Of a stretch of 64,000 nt of DNA, positions 46,499-54,115 are shown piece after piece (position 1 is the stretch's first letter; every line of letters starts with the position of its first letter). Source of the DNA: an uncultured Coriobacteriales bacterium (lineage in GTDB: Bacteria; Actinomycetota; Coriobacteriia; Coriobacteriales; QAMH01); assembly GCA_934646835.1 (NCBI GenBank), contig CAKUES010000001.1, positions 42,090-106,089 on the forward strand. Direction: 5' to 3'. A model generated the notes under the pieces. The model worked only from the letters and a program-made list of their open reading frames with translations, was not told the DNA's origin and searched no databases. Position numbers and translations under genes: made by a program.

Positions 46499-46678
46499 GC
46501 TGCAACCTATGGCGCCGACTCCGTCTGGCGCCTACGTGGTTCTGCGATCAACTGAAGCCGGCACGTCCTTGCCCCAGTCCCTCGCTGTTGCCCGACCTGC
46601 AGGCGGCACTGCGTCAGTACCGGAGGGTCCCGAAACCCACGTAGGCGTCAGACGGAGTCGGCGCCATCGGGTGGCAGC
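46499..46678. repeat. family B inverted pair (46499-46536 in plus orientation, 46640-46678 in minus orientation)
   Basis: gctgcaacctatGGCGCCgactccgtctGGCGCCtacg and its reverse complement 100 bp away, directly beside the IS200 element. Confidence 0.8.
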
Positions 46679-46699
46679 GGGCCGGAAGCCCCTAAAACG

Positions 46700-47450
46700 C
46701 GGGCTGAAATCAGCACCACCCCTCAAAGGGGTGGTTTGCTCTGGGCCTATAAGGCCAAGGTTTCCGGGCAGCGCCTCAAGGCGCTGCCCTTCACTTCGTT
46801 CAGGGCGCTACCGCCTTTGACTCTTGGGTGCCGCACAAAGCGGCTGCTGTCCCAGCTACTTCCTCTTGAACGGGTCCTCGTACTCCTTGACGCTCAACCG
46901 GTCCAGGGCGATGTCGTGCATCTCCTGCTCCCGGATGCACTTGACTATCGTGGCCTCGTTGAGGCCGACGGTGCTCACGTAGTACCCCTCTGCCCAGAAG
47001 TGCCTGTTGCCGAACTTGTACTTCAGGTTGGCGTGCCTGTCGAACATCATCAGCGCGCTCTTGCCCTTCAGATACCCGACGAAGGAGCTCACGCTGATCT
47101 TCGGGGGTATAGCCACAAGCATGTGGACGTGGTCGGGCATCAGGTGCCCCTCTATTATCTCGACGCCCTTGTACCTGCAGAGGTTCCTGAATATCTCCCC
47201 GAGGGACTCCCTGTACTGGTTGTAGATCACTTTTCGCCTATACTTCGGTGCGAACACGATGTGGTACTTGCACATCCACTTCGTGTGCGACAGGCTGTTC
47301 GCCTTGTTCGCCATATGGTGGCCGCCTCTCTATCCGTGGCCGATGCGTCCTGAACAAACGAATCGTAACCCCGGCCGGCGGCCGCCACCCACCCGGTTGG
47401 GCATAGCCTTCGACGCGCACCCGCATAGCGGGTGGTTTCTTGTGTCGCGC
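46700..47450 (-). mobile_element. IS200/IS605-family insertion sequence (IS200-type, tnpA only); boundaries approximate
   Basis: A single Y1 transposase gene flanked by same-orientation subterminal hairpins, each followed by gggtggttt (46716-46734 ccacccct-caa-aggggtgg; 47418-47434 cacccgc-ata-gcgggtg). The size of about 0.75 kb fits IS200. Confidence 0.65.
46856..47314 (-). CDS. tnpA: IS200/IS605-family Y1 (HUH) transposase TnpA
   Basis: KYHIVFAPKYRRKV, HUH motif PDHVHMLV, catalytic Tyr region FWAEGYYVSTVG; 152 aa. Confidence 0.92.
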   Translation of the reverse strand: MANKANSLSHTKWMCKYHIVFAPKYRRKVIYNQYRESLGEIFRNLCRYKGVEIIEGHLMPDHVHMLVAIPPKISVSSFVGYLKGKSALMMFDRHANLKYKFGNRHFWAEGYYVSTVGLNEATIVKCIREQEMHDIALDRLSVKEYEDPFKRK

Positions 47451-47479
47451 TACGCGCTCCACAGGCTCATGAGTCTACA

Positions 47480-47629
47480 AAATCAAAAAGTGCGCGAAGT
47501 GTTAAGGGTTTGAGCGGGTTATCGAGTAGCCGAAAATCGGCAACGCTGTGACCTGCGGTTTTGCGAGCGAAAATCGCCGTCTACTCGGCAACCCGCTCAA
47601 ACCCTTAACACTTCGCGCACTTTTTGTTC
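47480..47629 (-). repeat. family A palindromic element, copy A6 (core inverted)
   Basis: Core cgagtagccgaaaatcggcaacgctgtgacctgcggttttgcgagcgaaaatcgccgtctactcg, with the same TIRs. Confidence 0.85.
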
Positions 47630-47722
47630 GCAGGGCGCCCTGAAATCGCCGCCTGAGCGCAAAAAGCCGCCGCCGCAGGCATCGCTTGCCCGCGGCGGCG
47701 GCTCGCTCGCACCAGAGAGGCG

Positions 47723-48442
47723 CTACTTGCTCGGGAAGTACGGGCACTGCTCGCGCAGGCACTGGGCGTTGCCGCCGCAGAAGGTGCAGGTCACCTTCTC
47801 AGGGCGCTCCATCTGCACGTTGAAGCGCTCGTTGAGGAAGTCCGTGGCATCGAGCACGGCCGTGAAGCCAGTGCGCTTGCAGCAGCGCGGGCCACCCACA
47901 TCCGCCAAATGCCCCAAGACCGTCGAGGTCAGGCGCTGGCACTGCGCCCACTCGCTTGTTGCCATGGGCGTCGAGCCGTTGATAATGCTGAGCGCCTGGC
48001 CAACGCTGGTCGCCGCGCCACAGCAACCCCAGAAACCGCAGGATCCGCCCGGTACCTGCAGGCTGCGGGCCACGAGCTCTTTGAGGCCCGCCTCCAGATC
48101 CATAGCGCCGCCGTCAATCTTGCCGCCGGCGTTGACGTAGGCCGTCATAACGGAGGCGCCGATGAGCGTGTGGTGCTCGGGACCGTTGGGATAGACGGAC
48201 TTGTCGCTCATGATCTGCTGCAAAATCTCGACCGCGTTGGTCGAGGCGCATGTGGGGCAGAACTCGAGGCCAAAGTCCACACCGCCGCGACGATGACAGT
48301 CGTTGCAGACATAGTGCCCCTTTGAGCACGTGGTCTTGCCCATCTCCTTCTTACCGCAGATAGCGCAGGTCTGCTCGGCTGCCTCGTTCGCGTAGACGAG
48401 CTCGCTTCCGCAGATCAGGCAATTGGGCGCTCCTTGTGACAT
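47723..48442 (-). CDS. Cys-rich protein with N-terminal zinc-ribbon, long paralog of 39009..39557 (possibly DUF5714-like)
   Basis: CLICGSEL...CAICGKK...CSKGHYVCNDCH, then GGSCGFWGCCGAATSVGQALS and VTCTFCGGNAQCLREQCPYFP. The start at 48442 has GGGGAGGG 6 nt upstream. Confidence 0.65.
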   Translation of the reverse strand: MSQGAPNCLICGSELVYANEAAEQTCAICGKKEMGKTTCSKGHYVCNDCHRRGGVDFGLEFCPTCASTNAVEILQQIMSDKSVYPNGPEHHTLIGASVMTAYVNAGGKIDGGAMDLEAGLKELVARSLQVPGGSCGFWGCCGAATSVGQALSIINGSTPMATSEWAQCQRLTSTVLGHLADVGGPRCCKRTGFTAVLDATDFLNERFNVQMERPEKVTCTFCGGNAQCLREQCPYFPSK

Positions 48443-48520
48443 GCCAAACCCTCCCCTTCTCTCGATGCAGCCGCAAACGCGGCGACTTACCAACAGTTTC
48501 CAGCTCTCCTGTGACGTGTC

Positions 48521-49573
48521 CTACATCCACCTTATCGCGTGCTCTTTGAGCGCGTTGATCAACCAGTTGAGCAGCGTGACGACGACGCCCACTGTGATGA
48601 TGCCAGCAAGCACGTTCACGTAGTTCGCAAAGTTCGTGTAATTGATGATGTAGTAGCCCAAACCAGATTTTGCACCGAGCATCTCCGCAAACGTCAGCAT
48701 CATGATTGCAGACGTCAGCTGCGCGTTGAGCCCAGACAAGACACCGGGGATCAGATACGGCAAAATCACCGAGCACACCATCTCCCATTTTGTGAGCTCA
48801 AGCATGCGGGCAGACTCGATGATGCGGCGATCCATGGAAGAAACGCGCACAATCGTCCCCAAAAACGTAGGCCAAAACAGTCCGAGGAAGATGACCGTGG
48901 CCGACGCCAGGCGAAAAGTCGGCATGAGCGCAACCAGATACGGAGCGAAGACGATGGAGGGAATCGGTGCGAGGACGCGGGCGATAGGTGCGAGGACGTT
49001 GCACAGCGATGGCGTCCAACCAACGACAGCGCCGAGCAGCACCCCGGCAAAAATCGAGGTCACAGCTCCCATAAGAAGCAGCTGGATCGACGAGCCGATG
49101 TGAACGAGCAAGTCCTTCCACTGAGTCGCGAAAACGTTGAACACCGCCTCCGGAGCAGGGACGAGCACGGGGTGCATCATGGCGAACTTGGTCGTCGCAA
49201 GGTCCCACATCGCGAGTAGCGCCCAGACAATGATGATGATCCACGAGGCCGAGACGGAGCTGTCTCCCTGCTGGGAGTCCGCGTCCTTGCCACATCCGAG
49301 AAGCCGGCTCAAATAAAGCAGCTCCATAAACCCAACCGAGACCAGGAGGGGGACGCAGCTCGGAACCTTCTTGGCTCCAGGCAACAAGATGATGACGACG
49401 AGCGCGGCAAGGAACAGATGGCTTGCGACGACCATCATGCGGCGCTTGCGTTTGCTACGATCGCGCATCTCCTTCTCCTGGGCCTCACAGCATGCGATGA
49501 CATCGTCGGATATGAGGTTCTGGACGACTTGGGGCTCATCGGCGCCGATGTTTTTGATGTTCGTCATGCCCAT
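48521..49573 (-). CDS. ABC transporter permease (NitT/TauT-type, SsuC/TauC-like) with extra N-terminal region
   Basis: A BPD-type permease core with the EAA-like loop SSMDRRIIESARMLELTKWEMV. The start is ambiguous (ATG 49573 or 49567). Confidence 0.85.
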   Translation of the reverse strand: MGMTNIKNIGADEPQVVQNLISDDVIACCEAQEKEMRDRSKRKRRMMVVASHLFLAALVVIILLPGAKKVPSCVPLLVSVGFMELLYLSRLLGCGKDADSQQGDSSVSASWIIIIVWALLAMWDLATTKFAMMHPVLVPAPEAVFNVFATQWKDLLVHIGSSIQLLLMGAVTSIFAGVLLGAVVGWTPSLCNVLAPIARVLAPIPSIVFAPYLVALMPTFRLASATVIFLGLFWPTFLGTIVRVSSMDRRIIESARMLELTKWEMVCSVILPYLIPGVLSGLNAQLTSAIMMLTFAEMLGAKSGLGYYIINYTNFANYVNVLAGIITVGVVVTLLNWLINALKEHAIRWM

Positions 49574-49581
49574 ACCCCCCC

Positions 49582-50361
49582 CTAATCCTCGTCCATGTAA
49601 AACAGACCGAGCAACTCGTCGCGCAACTCGTGGTAGCCGGAAAGCGATATGAAGTCACCGGACGTGCGGGGGCGAGGAAGGTCGACCTCGATCACGCGCT
49701 CGATGTGGCCCGGACGCATGAAAACGATGCGGTCCGCCAAAAGAATCGCCTCGTCGAGGTCATGCGTGACAAACACCGCCGTGCGGCTGTTGTCCCCGTC
49801 GTTCCAGACCTCCTCGAGAAGCGCCTGCAGCTTGGCACGGTTGCGCGCATCGAGGGCGCCAAAGGGTTCGTCCATCAGCAGTATCTCGCTCTCCATGGCC
49901 AAGGCGCGGGCAATCGCGACGCGCTGTTGCATGCCACCGGAAAGCTGAAACGGATATTTGTCCGCAGAATCCAACATTCCTACCTGCGCCAACGCAGATT
50001 TTGCACGACAGAGTGTCTCGTCTTTTGATAAGCCTTTGCCGTTTTTGGAATGCTCGATACTGAAGGCAACGTTTTTGATAGCAGTCATCCACGGGAAGAG
50101 CGAGTAATGCTGAAACACCATGGCGCGGTCAGACCCGGGACCACTAACGGGCTTCCCATTTGCCACGATACCGCCCACTGTCGGTTTCTCGAGACCGGCG
50201 ATGAGGTTGAGCATCGTCGTCTTTCCACAGCCGGAATGGCCGATAAGGCAGACGAACTCCCCTTGCTTGATCTGCAGATTCGCGTCCTCTATCGCAAGAT
50301 GCGTTTGGCTGGCGTCCTTGTAAGCAAATGACATGTTCGATATCTCGATAACGTTTGGCAC
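49582..50361 (-). CDS. ABC transporter ATP-binding protein (NitT/TauT-type)
   Basis: Walker A GHSGCGKTT, signature LSGGMQQR, Walker B ILLMDEPFGALD. The GTG at 50361 (VPNVIEISNMSF) is preferred over the track start. Confidence 0.9.
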   Translation of the reverse strand: MPNVIEISNMSFAYKDASQTHLAIEDANLQIKQGEFVCLIGHSGCGKTTMLNLIAGLEKPTVGGIVANGKPVSGPGSDRAMVFQHYSLFPWMTAIKNVAFSIEHSKNGKGLSKDETLCRAKSALAQVGMLDSADKYPFQLSGGMQQRVAIARALAMESEILLMDEPFGALDARNRAKLQALLEEVWNDGDNSRTAVFVTHDLDEAILLADRIVFMRPGHIERVIEVDLPRPRTSGDFISLSGYHELRDELLGLFYMDED

Positions 50362-50505
50362 GTGAGTCCTTCCAGACACCGCTGATAACAATCGCCCTGC
50401 CTGTGCTGCCTGGGAAAACTTCCTGACAGCAGAACCGCAGGGCAAAAACAGCCTGCCGAAAAAGGGCAAAAACTCCTCTTTCGGCAGGCGTCTTTGGCAA
50501 ACCTC

Positions 50506-51648
50506 TTACTTGCCGAGGGTGTTGTGGGTCTTATAGGTCTCGAGCAAGCCGTTGTAGAAGTCGGCGTTCTCGCCGCGTTCGATGAGCGTGTCGAGCGCCT
50601 TCTTGTAGACGGTGGAGTCGACGTGGTCCTCCATCTTGCACTCGGTGTTGGCGTCGATGTTGCCCGTCTCCTTCATCACCTCGTAGAAGTTGCAGACGGC
50701 ATCCGTGTAGGGGTCGAGCTCGATGATCATCGGGGTCTTGTAGTCATCGGTGCCGTAGATGACGTTCTCGACATAGGCCTTGTCCTGGCCGGAGTAGTCG
50801 ACAAGCGCTTTGATGGCACGCTTGCGGTCGTTAGTGATGATCTCGAGGCCGCGCAGCTCGGCGATCATGAACTTAACGAGGGCAGAAGCCTTGTTCTCGA
50901 GGGAGTTTTTGGAGGTCGTCTGACGGCAGCAGGGGAAGTCAGGCTCGAGGTCGCCCACATGCATAGAGGTGGTGACGCCGGACTTGGCGGCGATATAGCC
51001 CTGGCCGGAGTTCAGGAAGCCGCAATCGCACTCGCCCTTGGCGACAGCCTGGATGATGGACTGCTGGTCGGACATGATGACCCAGTTGTCGGAGTTGTAC
51101 TTGCCGGCATCGTTGAGCAGGCCCTGCATAACAAGATGGCCGGTCTCCATGGGGAAGTACGCGACCTTGGCGTCGGCAAAGTCCTTGATCTTGACGTACT
51201 TGTCCTTGTTCTTGGGAAGCACGATGCACTCGGAGCCCTCTGCGATAGTGCCGCCAAAGACGACGATGTTCTCAACACCCTGGGCGACGAAAGTGCAAGT
51301 GGGGATAACACCGAAGGGAAGGATGTCGATCTTGTCCTCGGAAACTGCCGTTGCGCCATCGGAGAGGTTGGCGACAGTCTCGAAGGTGACGTTGAGCTTC
51401 TCCTCCTCGAACAGGCCCTCCTGCTTTGCAACGCAGATGCCGGCGATCTTGATGTCCTTGCCGAGCAAAGCGCAGCTCAGGTCCTCGGTCTCAGTGGAGA
51501 TCTCGATCTCCTTCGCGGTGTTCTTGTCAGAATCGGCGCCGCTGGAGGCATTGGAGCCGCAGCCGGTAATCATGGCAGCGGAGCCGGCGACAGCGGCAGT
51601 TGCCAAACCGAGCTTGGCAAAGTCACGACGAGAAATGGTCTTGGTCAT
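50506..51648 (-). CDS. ABC substrate-binding lipoprotein (NMT1/THI5-like, NitT/TauT family) with Tat-type signal
   Basis: MTKTISRRDFAKLGLATAAVAGSAAMITGC (RR motif plus lipobox). AAGAAGGGA lies before the ATG. Confidence 0.8.
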   Translation of the reverse strand: MTKTISRRDFAKLGLATAAVAGSAAMITGCGSNASSGADSDKNTAKEIEISTETEDLSCALLGKDIKIAGICVAKQEGLFEEEKLNVTFETVANLSDGATAVSEDKIDILPFGVIPTCTFVAQGVENIVVFGGTIAEGSECIVLPKNKDKYVKIKDFADAKVAYFPMETGHLVMQGLLNDAGKYNSDNWVIMSDQQSIIQAVAKGECDCGFLNSGQGYIAAKSGVTTSMHVGDLEPDFPCCRQTTSKNSLENKASALVKFMIAELRGLEIITNDRKRAIKALVDYSGQDKAYVENVIYGTDDYKTPMIIELDPYTDAVCNFYEVMKETGNIDANTECKMEDHVDSTVYKKALDTLIERGENADFYNGLLETYKTHNTLGK

Positions 51649-51952
51649 GGTTTTCCCTTCTTATGCGAAACGCACCCTTTTGCAGTATCAACATCTATAT
51701 GCACATCGCTAATAGATGAGGCTAATCATAACATCAGGCAAGGCCCTAGCGGCAGACGAGAGGGCTATAATCTAATCAATTGAAATGTCCTACCGTCCTA
51801 GTAGGGTGATTGGTTTACATCAAAAGTGCACGTCAGCGGCCGACTTGGGCCGCTTGTGCACGCAAGGCGAACATAGGCAGTCCATCGCAATCCGCATGAC
51901 TGCGCGAGTGCTACTATGGCGTTCTTCGACTCAGCACGTGCCAGGAGGTTTC

Positions 51953-52987
51953 ATGATCCGTCTCAACAACGATTACTGCTACAGCGCACACCCCAAGGTT
52001 CTCGAGGCCCTCGCAGCCGATGCAAACAACGCCTACCCCGGCTACGGCACGGACTCTTGGTGCGAGAAAGCAGCCGAGATGCTCCGCGAGCAGGCGCAGG
52101 CGCCGAATGCGGACGTGCACTTCCTCGTTGGCGGCACGCCGGCAAACGTCATCATCATCAGGCACGCGCTGCGCCCGTGGCAAAGCGTCGCCTGCGCGGA
52201 CAGCGCCCACATCAACGTGCACGAGACCGGCGCAGTCGAGCACAAGGGCATCAAGTGCGAGTGCGTCGCTGCCGTTGACGGCAAGGCCGTGGCAGCCGAC
52301 GTCGAGGCGCTGGTGCGCGGCGCGCGCGAGGACAGCGTGGCCGAGCACATCACCCAGCCGGGCATGCTCTACATCTCCATGGCGACCGAGACCGGCAGCG
52401 TCTACACGCTCGCAGAGCTTGAGGCACTGCGCGAGGTCTGCGACAAGTACGACCTCTACCTCTTCATCGACGGTGCGCGCATGGGCTACGGCCTCACCGC
52501 CATCGGCGGCGACGTGACGCTTGCCGACATCGCGCGCCTGGCCGACGTCTTCTACCTGGGTGGCACCAAGCAGGGCCTGCTCTTTGGCGAAGCCGTGATG
52601 ATCCTCAACGACGAGCTCAAGCCGTACTTCCGCAACAGCATCAAGCAGGGCTGCAGCATGCTCGCCAAGGGTTGGCTCGCCGGACTGCAGTTTGCCACGA
52701 TCCTCGAAGACAGCCTCTACTTCGAGCTGGCACGCAAGGCAAACGAGCTCGCCGAGCGCGTAAGGCAGGCTCTCGCCGCCGCCAAGATTCCCCTGGCGTA
52801 CAAGACCACTACCAACCAGGTCTTCGTCGTCTTCACACCCGAGCAGCTCGCGCAGCTCGAGGGCGACTTCGCCTTCGAGATCGAGGGCATGCAGGGCGAC
52901 AACCACATCATGCGCATCTGCACTAGCTGGGCTACCAAGGACTCCGACATCGACGCCCTCGTCGCCGCAATCGAGAAGCTGGCCTAG
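51953..52987 (+). CDS. PLP-dependent threonine aldolase / beta-eliminating lyase family protein
   Basis: VHFLVGGTPANVI and YLGGTKQGLLFGEAV (PLP-lysine region). The start at MIRLNNDY (51953) has AGGAGG upstream. Confidence 0.8.
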   Translation: MIRLNNDYCYSAHPKVLEALAADANNAYPGYGTDSWCEKAAEMLREQAQAPNADVHFLVGGTPANVIIIRHALRPWQSVACADSAHINVHETGAVEHKGIKCECVAAVDGKAVAADVEALVRGAREDSVAEHITQPGMLYISMATETGSVYTLAELEALREVCDKYDLYLFIDGARMGYGLTAIGGDVTLADIARLADVFYLGGTKQGLLFGEAVMILNDELKPYFRNSIKQGCSMLAKGWLAGLQFATILEDSLYFELARKANELAERVRQALAAAKIPLAYKTTTNQVFVVFTPEQLAQLEGDFAFEIEGMQGDNHIMRICTSWATKDSDIDALVAAIEKLA

Positions 52988-53286
52988 GAAACACGCAGCG
53001 CATCAAGCCTTCCGCGCCCAAGATGCCCGACAGCCCGCGACGCCAAGAAACCCGCAAGGCCCAAACGCTCTGGCCTCCCCTGCCCTAGCAGCGCGAGCTG
53101 CGAGCAAGGAAAGCGCTGATTAATGCGAGGTTTATGGGGAGGGACAGGGTCCCTCCCCTACGTGACCAGCGGTTTTGCTAATCGTATACAATAGGCGCTC
53201 GCTTTAATCAGCATTTCCCAAGGGAGGCTGGGAGGGTTGTCATGCGATGCGGACGACGGCAACAGCTGCGGCTCACCTCTTGCCGC

Positions 53287-53643
53287 CTAGCCCTCCAGCG
53301 CGGGAGCATGCGGCCCGCCCGGAAGCTTGAAGGGAACGATGTTGTCGATTGACTCGCGCTCGAGGTCGAGGGAGTTCCAGAGATCGACGTTTCGCTGCAT
53401 GTTGAGCCAAAACTGTGCAGAAGTGCCAAAGTAGCGAGCCAGGCGCAGCGCCATGTCTGGGCTCAAGGCGCGACGCTCGCTCACCAGCTCGTTTACCGTC
53501 TGGCGCGACACGCCGAGGCTGGACGCCAGCCCAGAGACACTGAGCCCGAGCTCCGCCATGTACTCCTCGCGAAGCATCTCCCCAGGATGGGTCGGCTTGC
53601 GTGAGACGAGTATGAGTTTGTCCTGTTCTGCCATTCCGATCAT
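53287..53643 (-). CDS. higA: HigA-family antitoxin (XRE HTH)
   Basis: HPGEMLREEYMAELGLSVSGLASSLGVSRQTVNELVSERRALSPDMALRLARYFGTSAQFWLNMQ. Confidence 0.88.
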   Translation of the reverse strand: MIGMAEQDKLILVSRKPTHPGEMLREEYMAELGLSVSGLASSLGVSRQTVNELVSERRALSPDMALRLARYFGTSAQFWLNMQRNVDLWNSLDLERESIDNIVPFKLPGGPHAPALEG

Positions 53644-53645
53644 CC

Positions 53646-53927
53646 TCAGTGATAGTCACAAATCTCGACGTTGAAAGCATCATTGCCTTTGAATTCGAAG
53701 CAGATGCGCCATTGGTCGTCTACCGAGAGGGAATACTGCCCTTGCCTGTTGCCCTGCAAGCGATGGAGCCTGTTGCTGGGCGGGAGCCTCAAGTCCTCCA
53801 CCTGCATAGCGGCATCGAGCATGTCGAGCTTCCTGACAGCGCGCCTCACTATCTCTGGCGGAAACTTCTTGGAAGTCCCCTCAGAGAACAGGTGCTCAGT
53901 CTCTTTGTCGGCAAACGATCGTATCAT
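53646..53927 (-). CDS. higB: HigB-type (RelE/ParE superfamily) toxin
   Basis: IRSFADKETEHLF...NRLHRLQGNRQGQYSLSVDDQWRICFEF...VEICDYH, the classic killer-protein pattern. Start at MIRSF (53927). Confidence 0.85.
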   Translation of the reverse strand: MIRSFADKETEHLFSEGTSKKFPPEIVRRAVRKLDMLDAAMQVEDLRLPPSNRLHRLQGNRQGQYSLSVDDQWRICFEFKGNDAFNVEICDYH

Positions 53928-53935
53928 GGCAGTAT

Positions 53936-53961
53936 TGTAACACGTCACGTGACGTGTTACA
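53936..53961. promoter_or_regulatory. 26-bp perfect palindrome, probable HigA operator overlapping the higBA promoter
   Basis: tgtaacacgtcac|gtgacgtgttaca. On the minus strand, TACAAT (53939-53934) ends 6 nt before the higB ATG, which suggests a leaderless transcript. Confidence 0.5.
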
Positions 53962-54115
53962 GAGTTAAGTAAATACCGCGTTGTCGCTCATACAAAGAGC
54001 TTCCTTCTGCTGCCATCGATTTTGTCTATAGCAAGGCATGGGAACTATGCGTTTTGCAGCATCGACCTGCTCGTTTAGTATTCTCAGCATCGGTTTTGAT
54101 GAGGAGGTGACACAC

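Noticed and set aside
53222-53236. 15-mer gggaggctgggaggg shared with 56598-56612 (and inverted at 56717-56731) as boundaries of an island carrying higBA, the amidotransferase and the ligase
   Set aside because: A single 15-nt G-rich match is within chance expectation for both strands of 64 kb of GC-rich DNA, and there is no extended homology around it.
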